A stretch of DNA of 60,650 bases, counting the filler, from Porpidia crustulata (Eukaryota): NCBI GenBank assembly GCA_964255105.1. It is 12 parts of 12 records of this genome, joined end to end, with 100 filler letters (N's around TTAATTAATTAA, not from the genome) between each part and the next. Parts side by side here need not be neighbours in the genome. Positions count along the whole stretch, not along the records: positions 10,168 to 15,136 come from CAXUWE010001944.1; positions 15,237 to 20,205 come from CAXUWE010001945.1; positions 20,306 to 25,274 come from CAXUWE010001946.1; positions 25,375 to 30,333 come from CAXUWE010001947.1; 8 more parts are not named here. The stretch is one strand, 5' to 3'. The position numbers and the translations under genes are program-made. Below the pieces are notes generated by a model, which was given only the letters and a program-made list of their open reading frames with translations, was not told the origin of the DNA and did no database searches. Below are positions 13,422 through 25,558 of the stretch, one piece after another; position 1 is the stretch's first letter, and every line of letters starts with the position of its first letter.

Positions 13422-13554
13422 TGGGGAGGCTGGATAGCGAGACCATGAGCGGTTAGAGCAGCGGGAGATCCCTGCTTGAATCAAGCACTAAGAGCTTAGA
13501 CCCAGTGAGGTATAGAAAGCATGAGAACGACGCGTGATCGAAGCACAGCTTACA

Positions 13555-15136
13555 ATGCAACCGCTACCAAATCCAGCAGCATTCAGGAGAGCTTTGTCCC
13601 TCTTACGGAACGATGTCCCTTTTGTTTGTCCGTCCTGCCGCCATCGAAGGGCTTTTTCGGGCCTCAAGCGCCCTGCGAAGAGCCAAATACATCGCGTGCC
13701 CCAGCAGCGCGCGCCAAACAGAAGAGCTTCGACGGTAGCATCTGTGGCCACTATTAACGCTCCAAGAGCTGTACCTCCGAGCTTTGAAGCTCTATATCAA
13801 TCTTTGAGTAAACTGGAACAAGAAGCTGCGATCTTTGTGAATTTGAGTCAATTGAAATTGGCATTGAGGGGCCTTGACTCGGAGAATCCCGTTACGCGGG
13901 TCGCTGGTGCGCTTTGGGATTGAATCACATTCGTATGAGATGTTACTGAGATCTTCGGGTAGTATATGGATTGCCTGATCAAGCTGGAGCGCGGAGGCTT
14001 GTCAAAGTTTTGCTTGCAGATCCATTGGTTCCCGAGTCGGCGTGGGAGAAGCAAATCGCAGGCACCGAGGATGGAGATGGTAAATCTTTGATTATACGGT
14101 ATTTGAGGTTTTATCGGATGAAATGTTCAGTGCTAAGGAATGAACAGATATGGCGAATATCCGGAGTACGATCAGCGGCACCCCCTCGCAAAGACCCTTT
14201 CCATCCCTTCTCCGATCCTCCGAAATCATAAGCTAGAATTGATCATAAAATCGCATGAGCTAGACCGCAATGTTGACATCAAGGATCTTAACAAATACCT
14301 GGTGCCGCTCCTACAGTTACCCAATCCAGCCGGCGGCAGGGCCCCGCCATTGACATATCCAGTGCATAAAGCGCTTGTCTATGGAGAAGAATTTGAGTAT
14401 TTGGCCGCCATTGTACCTATCATTCGCGACGGCAAAGTTCCTGAAAAGACCCAGATGGTAGCAGGGGTCCTCAACAGACACTGGAGTTTATCTCCACAAG
14501 ACTCAAATTCAAGGAACCTCGTGAATCCTATCAATGTTCACCTTGCCGAAAAGGCCATCCAAGTCTTTCGCCAATCTCTAGAAAATTCAGTAAAGTTTGA
14601 AAAAGCATGGTTCAACAGCGGAATCCCAGCCATCTCAGCCTGGCTACTAGAAGGCACCGCTGCAGATGCTTCCACCCTCAAACCGTCTCTCCGCCGTCTA
14701 ATCACTTCCATCCTCACCAACACCGATCAAGCCATCACACAATCAGAGAAAGACTCTCAACTTCAAATCGTGTCGTCCACCGTCTCGACCCAGACCCGCA
14801 GTTCTCTCAATCTCGCCATACAATCCTGGGCCGAAAGCGCCCATACCGAACTCCGCGACCAGCTCGACACGGCTTTTAGGAGCCGGAACTGGCGCAAAAC
14901 GGTATGGTGGAAGCTCTTTTGGCGCGTTGATGACGTTGGTATCATTGCCACCGACATCTTACGGCATTTCTGGCTCCTCGAGGCGGAGAAAGAACTCTTC
15001 TGGCTCGGCGGTCGCCTCGAACAATCCGGCCTTTTGGAGCCCCGGCGGACCCCAGATCCGCCACCCCAAAAGCCAATTTCGAACAAGCAGCAGAAACTCG
15101 GCGCTTTCCCGCGCGATCCCTCCCTCGCGGATCTCC
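13555..15136 (+). CDS. MMC1-like fungal protein with mitochondrial-type presequence, 2 introns, 3'-truncated
   Basis: Arg-rich N-terminus with FVCPSC. Motifs VNLSQLKLALRGL, LLADPL, WAESAHTELRDQLD and WWKLFWRVDDV, which I recall from the Mmc1 family. Confidence 0.75.
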
Positions 15137-15546
15137 NNNNNNNNNNNNNNNNNNNNNNNNNNNNNNNNNNNNNNNNNNNNTTAATTAATTAANNNNNNNN
15201 NNNNNNNNNNNNNNNNNNNNNNNNNNNNNNNNNNNNCCATACTCTTGTTCGGGAGCGCAGATAGGAATTAATAGGCGAGCTTGATCGGAGGAGATCTGAG
15301 GGGTTAGTAAGGTAGTTTCAGATAAAACGAGTGCGGTGGATTTGAGCACGCGGCTGGTTAATGTGATGGTTAAGGAGGTGAATTAGACATTTTCTGTTAC
15401 CCCGGCTCTACCTAGTCCTGAGTCATAGATGCTGGCTCTAGATCATCGGAGGCCTCGTATTGAACGGACGCCAGAATCAGCTTTTTTATTGGAAAGGCAT
15501 AGCCGTAGCGTCAAAGGGAAATGAGCTCTCCAGTCGGCCGACTTAC

Positions 15547-18500
15547 TCAACCAAATATGCCAGCTGAGTCCAAGAAAACGTCTCCACAATCCTCTACCTT
15601 CTTATTCCTTGATTTCGACTGGACAGATAAACGAATCTCATCGATACTCGGAACAAATTCATTGCCGCTGGTGCCCCGATTCTCTTTGGGGAGAATGTCA
15701 TTAATAGTAGTCCACCAGTTGCACCAGAAATTCGAGAAAGGCCCAACATGTTCCGTTCGAAGACGTCTATAGATGCTCATGTAAAGGCCCAATGTGTAGC
15801 TGAAACTGCGGTCTTCTTCGCGAAGCTCGTGACACTCCTCGTCCGACGGCACAAGGTATTCACGGTGTGCAAAAGATTTGAAGTCGAGGTCGCAGCAGGT
15901 GTGGGCCATACCCAGCCGTTCAAATATTTCCAACCTGCATAGCTCCTCGCCGCATGATTCTCTCTGCATTAGAGTGAAATCATTCAGATATTCCCATCTT
16001 TCGAAATTGGCGCTTCTCCACTCCCAGTCCCCGCCACACCGTTTATGGAGAAGATTTATTGATGTACAGCCATATGTCGAATAACAACAGAGACACGAAT
16101 CCACGATTGCTGGATGACAGAGGTTGTAGGTCTGTCTTAGGATCCGTCGAATAACGCTTTCAGCCGGCTCTTCAATATCAGGAAACGTCCAGTTCCTAAG
16201 CGAAAAAGAAATGGCGAGAAAGCAGTTCTTCGGTCCGTTTAGGTTTCGAAAATGTGGCATAGCCCCTTTATTAAGATACCATGATATCAGTTCCCATCGT
16301 ATGTTCCAAATATTGACATTTGTGCAGGCAATCTGGAGCGGCGTGAATCCCCCTTCATCCAAATCATCGACTGAACGGAATCCACCAGAGTAAAGCTGCT
16401 CGGCAATGAGCAGAGTCATGTTTGGATCGTGATAGACGCTGCATTGTCTCTCCCCAGGCCAAAGGACTTTAGGAACCACGAATCCTTTTCTGCATAATGC
16501 GAGAAGTACGGGTTTTGCAAACCGGTCCAGAAATCGTCCATCAATTATGGTCTCCATGCAAACATTTTGCCACTCCACAGAGGAAAGCATCGCTGCTGCC
16601 CAATCAGTCAGGCGTCTTCGATGGCTCACCAATCTACCTATGATCAGGGTCTTTGCCTTAGCAGTAGCTTTGTGGAGACCTAGAGCAAATGACAGAATTG
16701 AGTTGTACGAATGGAGCCTATTGAAAGGGCTAGTTTTTGATATATGCTGCTGAGAAGAGAAGAGAGCGCAGTAGTACTCCAATAGCGAAGAAAGGGCTAA
16801 ATCATCTTCATAATAGAGACCTAATATCAAAGCACAAAAAGGATCAGCGCCAGCGTCCAAGAGCGTCGTCATTCCTACGGTCCAGTCAAAGCTAAAAGCT
16901 AAGGGCGGATATATGTGTTCCTCATCTGTGTTGCCATTCACGTTACAGCCTTCCACGATTAGATTCTGGAGTTCCACTTCTGAGCGATGGATGACAGCCA
17001 AAGTAAGTTTATCATAGCCAAACTCTAGTAACTCCAGTTACTAACCATTTACAGGGGTATAGCTAGCTTTCAGAAGCCCGATAAAAGGGTCTGCTCTTAC
17101 CTCTAGCAATATTTGGATCCCTCAGAAACCAATACGGTGATGACTGTACGTCTTTAATCCCTCTTCCGTTCAGATCACACCCATACTCTACGAGGATTTG
17201 ATCCAGTATAAAAGATCCAGGCTTGCTCTTTCTATATTTATGGCGAGAGCTAAAAACGAGTGACAAGGGATCGAAATATGCTATTTCAGGGGGGAAAAAC
17301 CCATACCTAACAGCGGTCAGAAGACTAAAATTGATTTTCATAAATTCTGTCCTCCATTACTTACATTCTAACGATTGCGTTCCTATCCGCTCCAGCGTCC
17401 GAAAGTAGCTGGATCATACGTGAAATTGGAGAGCGCAGTCGTGCTTGCAAACTTCCGAATGTAATGGCCAATTCTATGAATGCCTAAATTGAACAAATAT
17501 CTAATAGCTTTATCAAACCAAATAAGGACTTGCTTACATGGAGTAAAGTTTTGCCGTCTCCATCTTGATCCCAAGCGGAGGCTTCTCCACTTGCAAACTG
17601 GGAGTCGATATCATGGATTAGATTATTCAGGAGATCCTCGGCCTCCACCGCAGCACTTTCAGACCAGTCAAAGGGAGTGAATCTCAGCTGGAAACTTGAA
17701 ACATAAAAGGGAGGCTGAAAAGGGACTGTTCGTTTTAAATCTTGATAGGTTGTATGGACGAGGTTAAAGGCTGGCGACTCAGACGTATTGATGATTCTGC
17801 TCGTTGCAAGCCTAGGTGACAGTGCAAAGCCTCCTGCGCTAGATGTGATTGAAAATGAGAATTCAATGGCTTTCTGCAGAAGCTGCGGGAGCAAAAGTTG
17901 CATGCCTAAAGTCCAACTTTTCTTGCAACATCGGTAATGGCGACAACTAGGCCGATGCTCTTTGGACTTGTTGAGTGAGAGTTGTAGTGAACTCCAGTAT
18001 CGATACTTTCTCGTAAAGGCAATCCCGCACGTACAGCATCTCAGGATTTGGCATTGAGAATGCTCGCTTCTCAGATTGACTGTAAGCGGAACTCTGTTGG
18101 CAGCCTTCGATATATTTTTGAGGTCAAAAACAAGCCCAGGTTTAGACACTAAATGCAAACAAATCTTCTCTGCCTGGAAGGGTACAGCAAACTAGTAAGT
18201 CAAAGCTCAATTTAGATGGTTCGGAACAACTGACCAAGGAGTCCATATCCTTAGGGCAAAGGAAACCTGGAGAACACTGAGGGCTTTTGAATTCTTGCTC
18301 ACAAGGCGTATCGATTTGATTTGTTTCGCTTATTCTCATATCACTCATATGGGACTGCATTTTATTACGATCAAGAGAATTCATGGATGATACATTAACA
18401 CGTAAACTGACTGTCTCTTCATCCCTGCTTTGCTGCACCTCATGCCGGTTTCCAATGGAATCTTTCGGCAAGGTAGGTTCGCTACTCAATGAGGATATCG

Positions 18501-19190
18501 GTGCCTTGAGCTGGGTGAAGCACTTTTCTGTTCGTAGATCTGGGCACTGTACAGAGTTGCTCAGGCTTTCCAAACCACCGGCAAGAGATTCAAGCTTTCC
18601 GTTCAGTGGATCAACTATGTGCTGGACATACTCAACGGCCTTAAGTACACTCTCGACCTCGAGGCTATGAGAAATCAGTCGTGCAGCCAAACTCTACAAG
18701 AAAACCTTACCATTTGGGTCTTGAGCAAGAGTAGATTCACATGACCGTACCACATATTAAGGGACATTTTCAGACTCTCCAGACGCACACATCTCGACAT
18801 AATCTCGTGTTCCATCTTTACACTTACAACCATTCGCCACGCTCTCTTTATACCTCTGTGCGTGTTGGGGGCAAGTTGAGTAAGAATTCTCTCGAGCTCC
18901 TGAGCCTGGTCTTTACATTCGTCGAAAAGAGATAGTCCGCCAGTATGTTGTGTAGATGTGATACAGCCATTTAGTATGGAAGTAGACCCGCCGGTTGCCA
19001 GGCCAGGATCTGATGTGAGTGTTTCCACAAATGTCATTGGCAGTCTCAATTCTCGTTCCGCGTTCCTCACTTTGACGGGGCCTTGGCGTAAGTCCGAAAA
19101 GAGGCGTGATAATGCTAGAGTAACCCGCCACCCGACATCCGCGAACTGGATCGCAGCAGCAGCAAGGCCGATAGCCTCCGCGCCCGACAT
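15547..19190 (-). CDS. Orphan protein of about 1100 aa: HeLo-like/fungal STAND N-terminal domain, degenerate ankyrin repeats and Cys-rich C-terminus; 6 exons; possibly a recent pseudogene
   Basis: N-terminus MSGAEAIGLAAAAIQFADVG is typical of STAND N-terminal helical domains. Ankyrin-like DGDGKTLLH, LLDAGADP and GFTPLQIAC; C-terminal FERLGMAHTCC. Introns 2-5 splice in frame, while intron 1 is off by 1 nt at its canonical acceptor. Confidence 0.7.
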
Positions 19191-19598
19191 GTATAACTGT
19201 AAATCAACTGCCTTAGGTTTTCAATTCGTGTATGATAGAGATTTTGTGAGTAGGAGAAAGTGAAATCAGGAAGTTATCCGAGAAGGTAAGGTAATAAAAT
19301 TTGACGGTGAATCGATGGTGAGGATGAGACTCGGAGAAAGTCCGGGGAACTACCTGCTCGCGACGTTACGCTGAGTGTAAACTCGAGTATTCCTACGCTA
19401 TTGATCACTGTAGCTGTCGAAAGGATCCTGTGCGAAGTCTATCTTAGGCAACAGAAAAGGCAGGAAGTCATGTCAGGCTCCCACCTGCTGCGTACTTGCA
19501 CCGCCCCATATTGCTCCCTCTTGCTCCCTCGGTGGCCCCCCATTGTCCCATCGCTACTCCCAAAGCAGCGCTGCTCCCTTTCCTGATCGAAAAAGGTA

Positions 19599-19977
19599 CC
19601 CCAGTATTCAGGTGGCTGCCTCATTTTTTTTTTTTTTTCTGGATCGGAATGATGAAAATCACCTTTCAACAATCCAGTGAGCAACGCTGTGTTGAATATC
19701 GTTGAAAATCGTGCGAATTGTAGATTACATGTTGATTCATCTGTGTACACGATTACATGAAATTTTAGCTTCGTGTTGTTAATACATTACTGATTTAATG
19801 ATGTGTAAAATGAGCAGCGTATCGCAAAAATGTGCTGCAAATTGAATCTCGACTCACAGCGTGCTCACATAGCGTGGCAGTCGCCAATTTCATCAGTCCG
19901 TGTGATTTTGACCCATCGATTCAAAAAAAAAAAAAAAAAAAAAAGTTCAAAACGAGGCAGCCACCTGGATATTGGGG
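19599..19977. mobile_element. MITE (379 bp), Tc1/mariner-type, TA target-site duplication
   Basis: 24-bp TIRs at 19599-19622 (CCCCAGTATTCAGGTGGCTGCCTC) and 19954-19977 match 22/24. TA flanks both ends (19597-8, 19978-9), T15 and A22 tracts lie inside the TIRs, and there is no transposase ORF. Confidence 0.85.
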
Positions 19978-20305
19978 TAGTGTAGATAATCCCAAATCTT
20001 ATGTTCGGGATATAATATTATATATCTACCTCCATCAATTACCAACCACCAACCACATAACCAGCTTTCCCACTTCTGTTGATCCTTCAACGTCTCCCCT
20101 TCCTCATTCTCCCCCCTGTCTTCAACTCCCATCCATCAAGTTTTCAAACTAAGCAATCCCCTCAATCCCCTCGATCCCCCATATACACCAGCAACTCCCT
20201 TCTTCNNNNNNNNNNNNNNNNNNNNNNNNNNNNNNNNNNNNNNNNNNNNTTAATTAATTAANNNNNNNNNNNNNNNNNNNNNNNNNNNNNNNNNNNNNNN
20301 NNNNN

Positions 20306-21638
20306 CATCAGTGGTACCTGCAGCGAATGAGTATCCTAGGGCGGCGGGGCAGGTGGATAAGATGGAACCGTTTGGGTGGGGGAAAGAGTAGTGGGAGAGG
20401 TCTTGGAACGTGTGGAGGGATTTGACCGCGGAGCCGTGTATCGGTACGCCCACTATCGGCATCGCATCGTACAAAACCTTTGCACTACGATACTGGCGGC
20501 GTCCTATCTCGAAGCAACTGGATGCCCCTTGATCCTTCTCCCTGAATAGGGGCCCACGGCCATGGCAGGGCTCATTGCGGCCGCCGCACGTGCTGTCTTG
20601 GAAATTACACAATTCGCCGGACCCATCTTCGCAGTAGGCTCCAAGAACATTGGGGGAGGTGTCGCCAACATTAGCCTGAGAGAAGCCCGCTACGAATCCA
20701 GCTTTTGTATCTTCCAAATCTTGAACACTCTTCTCAAAGAGATAAGCAGCAACCCCTTTATTATCACCCGATATCAGAGTATTGTTACCAAGCATAGAAG
20801 TTCCATGTACTGGAAACCAAGTCAAGACTCCCAACACGCCTTGCTTATCGTCTTGAAACTTAAGCAGCGTCAAAGTCTTGTCGACATCATACAAGTGACC
20901 CTGCCTCTCCTTTTCAGGGTTGGCTAAGTAAGCGTATGGACTTCTGTTGATATTGGCGCCTTCGACATCGATGGATCCTAAAGTGAGGTATCCCGGCACT
21001 AAACTTTCGTGTGCTCTTCTTATCGAAAGTAGCGCTCCGTCTACGATAGCTTTGTAGCTCTGCTTGTCGAAGCCTTTACTCGTAATCTGAGGTAGAAGGT
21101 AATTGAGCCAGGCTCCCGGTCCCGAATGCGAGTGCGTGCCCGTTACAGCCAGATTTTCTTGCTTGTATACAGAGTATTCCTGTCCCAGCTCTTGTAATCC
21201 CTCTAGAATACCATGACGTACCGCCGTATCTCCTGACTGAGTGTCCAAAACAAGGTAAACGAAACGATCCGCGATATTTTCGGAGTCCCCAATTATGAAT
21301 GCCCTTGAATAGAGTCTTTGGCGCAGCCCTGATCCTACTTGATTCGGGTCCGCATAACCCATCATGTTAATTTCAACTACAGGCCCTGTGATATCTGCCT
21401 TTGCCACACCTAGTAGGTACTGGTCTCCGAGCGACATCTGTCCATCATCCGCATCACCGGCTTCAAGCCAGGGAGAATTGATGGGCGTTTGATGGCTCGC
21501 CGAGTGCGTAAAATATGTGCCATACTGCAGATGTAGAAATTCGAGCCTGGGGAGGCCGAAGCTCGAGACTAGCTGTAGGACGAGGAGGAAGGCAAAGGTC
21601 GCGGCGGCCAAGGCGATGGCGACCTGCAAGCGTGCCAT
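20306..21638 (-). CDS. Neutral/alkaline non-lysosomal ceramidase, 3'-truncated
   Basis: Signal anchor followed by GVAKADITGP, MMGYA, GTHSHSGPG, NRSPYAY, VHGTSM, GDNKG, GDTSPN, AAGTTD. Confidence 0.95.
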
Positions 21639-22024
21639 GGTTGCGAGTTTCTGTGGATTGTGTGTTTCCGCATTAGTGTGATCTCGATAGCTCACTGGGG
21701 GATAGTAGGATCACAGGTCTTCAGAAACTGCGATCGAAACGATATCCCGGAATGGCGGGGCGGAGATTTAGCAGGGGTGGAAGCTCTCTCGGCAAGGGCG
21801 TCTTTTTGACAATTTGCATCTCAACAACTCACCAACTTCGAGAATATACTCAGCTACACACTTTTCAACCTACCACCCCAGTTGCAGTCAATGAAGATGT
21901 AGAATATACACCAGTCGCCAAGCTATAATCAGTATGCGCTCAAATTACCTGAGGTTTCTACCTCGTCACCAAAATCCATAAACCGTTTGCTTCACATCGC
22001 TGAACTTCTCCAACCGCCGTAAAG

Positions 22025-25000
22025 ATGGCAGACCACTCTTTATACCATGCGGCCGGATATCAGACCCCGAAAAATGATTCTCACCACCCTCAAGCCCAGA
22101 GCCAACCTGTACCGCAGCAGTCCCGCCCTCCAGTGGCCCCAGGACCTACTGACTACCAGCAGGGTGGGTTGACGTACGGACAGAGCACCCCAAATCTTCA
22201 ACAAAATCAGTACGGTACACCGCAAAGTGGCTATCAACCTCAAGGGCAGCAATGGCAGGGGCAAGAGCAAGGGTATTTTCCTCCGCAAGAACAGCCTGGT
22301 ATGAATGACAGCGGAGCAATGGGTGGACTAGCTTCTCAGATTGGGCAGATGGGACTCACTGGCGATTCTGGGGCTGCGAGTCGGCCCAATAAGAAAAAGC
22401 ATAGACATGCGCATCACGATATACAACAGCCAGCAGGGTCGTCACAACCGTACAATGGAATACCACAGGGCCCAGTCAATCCTACTCAGTACCTGAATAA
22501 TGACGCACCGCAACAGATGAGCCCTGCCAGTCATCCATATGCTGGCCAGCAGATAACGCCTGCAATGAACCAGTTTCCAGCTCAATCTACGACTCCTTTT
22601 TCACCTGGTATGCAGTCAAGTCCGAACTTTGGAACTTCGAATCCGCAAATGCCTGTACTCAGCGGCCCTCCAGTCTCTGCTCAAGGTAGAGTCGACCCTG
22701 AACAAATACCAAGTATACCAAGATCACGAGATGCAGCAGCGCAATACTATTTGGATCACATATACCCTACAATGGAACAACACCTCCCCCCTCCAGGTGC
22801 TGTACCATTCGTGGCTCACGATCAAGGAAATTCTTCGCCAAAGTTCGCACGCCTCACCCTTAATAATATTCCTTCAACGTCGGAAACGCTCTCTGCCACA
22901 GCTTTACCTCTGGGACTCGTACTGCAACCACTTGCTCCCCTTCAAGCCGGTGAACAAGCAGTTCCCGTGCTGGACTTTGGTGAAACTGGTCCGCCACGGT
23001 GTCGTCGATGTAGAGCTTACATAAACCCTTTCATGACTTTCAGATCTGGCGGTAATAAGCTCGTCTGTAATATGTGTACATTTCCTAATGACGTAGCTCC
23101 CGAGTACTTCGCTCCCACAGATCCTTCGGGCGTGCGAGTAGATAGAGCTCAAAGACCAGAATTGACCACAGGCACTGTTGAATACATGGTGCCGAAAGAG
23201 TACTGGGCAAAGGAACCCGTGGGCTTACGTTGGCTGTTCCTTCTTGACGTGAGCCATGATGCTATCACGCAAGGCTTTCTACAGGCTTTTTGTGAGGGTA
23301 TTCGGAGTGCCTTATATCCCGAGGATCAAGAAAGTGCAGTGGAAGATACGAATGGTGACGGTCCCAACGCGAGTAGGACTATTCCTCTTGGTTCCAAAGT
23401 GGGATTTGTCACCTTCGACAAAGCCATGCACTTTTATAACTGTAATGTGAGTATAGCATACTATCTCATCAGATCCATGCTGAAGTCCTTTCTAGGCAAG
23501 CTTAGAGCAAGCGCAGATGTTGGTCATGCCTGATATCGAGGATCCATTCGTTCCTTTGGGCAGCGAGGGGCTATTTGTAGACCCGTATGAGTCAAAGTTT
23601 GTAGCTATGCAATCTTACGAATGAGCTTTCATACTAATATGTTAGGGCCGTAATTACATCCCTTCTAACGCAACTTCCGACGTTATTCTCCTCAGTCAAG
23701 AACCCTGAACCCACCTTACTACCCGTTCTGGACTCTGCAATATCTGCCTTGCAAGCAACAGGTGGGAAGATTATCTGCGCTTTAGCTGCTCTGCCGACAT
23801 GGGGACCTGGCAGGCTGTTTCTGAGGGACAAAAACGATATGCATGGCATTGAGACCGAAAGGAAACTCTTCCAGACAGAGCACCCTGGATGGAAGAAGAC
23901 TGCCGGGAAGATGGTCGAAAGTGGAGTTGGCATTGACTTGTTCATCGCTGCATCTGGCGGAAAATATATGGATGTTGCCACGATTGGTAAGATCTAGTGT
24001 GCTTAATATTGTGAGTCTGAATCTGATGACCCTCAAGGACATATCTCCGCTCTCACTGGCGGAGAGGTCTACTTTTACCCTAATTACCTCGCTCGCCGAG
24101 AGTCCGCCAAGCTAGTACAGGAGATCAAGCATACCCTCACCCGAGAAACCGGTTATCAAGCGTTGATGAAAGTGCGATGCTCGAATGGATTACAGGTTTC
24201 ATCCTACCATGGCAACTTCCTACAGCATAATTTTGGTGCAGATCTCGAATTTGGTGTGATCGATGCTGATAAAGCCGTTGGAGTCATGTTCGGCTATGAT
24301 GGAAAATTAGACTCCAAATTAGATGCTCACTTCCAATGTGCATTACTGTATACTACTGCAAGTGGAGAGCGACGTGTTCGCTGTACAAATACCGTGGCAA
24401 GTGTCAGCGAGGGGGCAATGGAAAGCATGAGGTATATTGACCAGGACGCCGTAGTCAACATGATAGCAAAAGAAGGTAAGACTTTAGTTACGTTGTACTT
24501 GTGGAGCAGCTTCATCCCGGCTAAACCTACCCATAGCTGCCACAAGAATGATGGAGAAGACCCTCAAAGAAATCCGCAACGCCCTCGTAGAAAAAAGCAT
24601 CGATATCCTCGCCGGCTACCGACGAGCTTTCTCCGGCTCCCACCCCCCGGGCCAACTCGTCCTCCCCGAAAACCTCAAGGAATTCGGAATGTACATCCTC
24701 GGCCTCCTCAAATCCCGCGCCTTCAAAGCCGGCCACGAACCGTCCGACCGCCGCACCCACACCATGCGCATGCTCAAATCCATGGGCCCCCTCGAACTCT
24801 CCCTCTTCATCTACCCGCGCATCATCCCCCTCCACAGCCTCGCCGACACCGACGGCTTCCCCAACCCAGAAACTGGCCACCTCGTCGTCCCGCCCTGCAT
24901 CCGGGCCTCCTTCTCCCGCATCGAAGAAGGCGGCGCCTACCTCGTCGACGACGGCCAAACCTGCCTCCTCTGGCTGCACGCCCAAGTCTCGCCCAACCTC

Positions 25001-25274
25001 CTCGAAGACCTCTTCGGCCCCGGCCAAACCTCCCTCCAATCCCTCGACCCCCAGCTCTCCGCCATGCCCGTGCTGGAAACGCACCTCAACGCCCAGGTGC
25101 GCAACCTGCTGGCGTACTGGGCCAGCGTGCGCGGCAGCAAGGCGCTAACGGTGCAGATCGCGCGGCAGGGCCTCGACGGCAGCGAGTACGAGTTCGCGCG
25201 CCTGCTGTACGAGGACCGCAACAATGAGGCGCAGAGCTACGTCGATTGGTTGGTCAATGTGCATCGGAGCATTC
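22025..25274 (+). CDS. SFB3: COPII coat subunit of the Sec24 family (Sfb3/Lst1, Sec24C/D type), 4 introns, truncated near the 3' end
   Basis: Q/P-rich N-terminus, DQGNSSPKFARLT, Zn finger PPRCRRCRAYINP...CNMC, RPEL, trunk domain, KVRCSNGL, QCALLYT...GERRVR, GQLVLPENLK, gelsolin-like C-terminus. Confidence 0.93.
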
Positions 25275-25388
25275 NNNNNNNNNNNNNNNNNNNNNNNNNN
25301 NNNNNNNNNNNNNNNNNNTTAATTAATTAANNNNNNNNNNNNNNNNNNNNNNNNNNNNNNNNNNNNNNNNNNNNCCCCCCCCCCCCCC

Positions 25389-25424
<36 letters not shown>

Positions 25425-25436
25425 GCGGGGCCTCAC

Positions 25437-25558
25437 TGGTCAGGAGGGAATACACATCCGAAGGTAGGGCATGCTCCCAACCTCCGAAAGGTCTGCGCAG
25501 ATGTCAAAGCCAACAGCGACGAAGCTGCGGCAGCTATGGAAAGGATGTTGATAGGCAT
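25437..25558 (-). CDS. First exon of a secreted fungal alkaline phosphatase-like protein (partial)
   Basis: Signal peptide MPINILSIAAAASSLLALTSA, then QTFRRLGACPTFGCVFPPD, which I recall as the N-terminus of a fungal alkaline phosphatase family. Donor gtgagg follows; no catalytic part is in the window. Confidence 0.7.

Noticed and set aside
24163..25227. Long overlapping and antisense ORFs over SFB3 (also over RecQ, GDA1, DOA1 and PHO85)
   Set aside because: Shadow ORFs caused by extreme GC3 bias depleting stop codons; the translations are low-complexity R/P/G-rich.
25375..25422. Poly-C tract of about 48 nt (poly-G in the intron of the minus-strand gene), a G-quadruplex candidate
   Set aside because: It lies at the contig edge, where poly-G is a known two-colour sequencing artefact; it cannot be trusted without reads.
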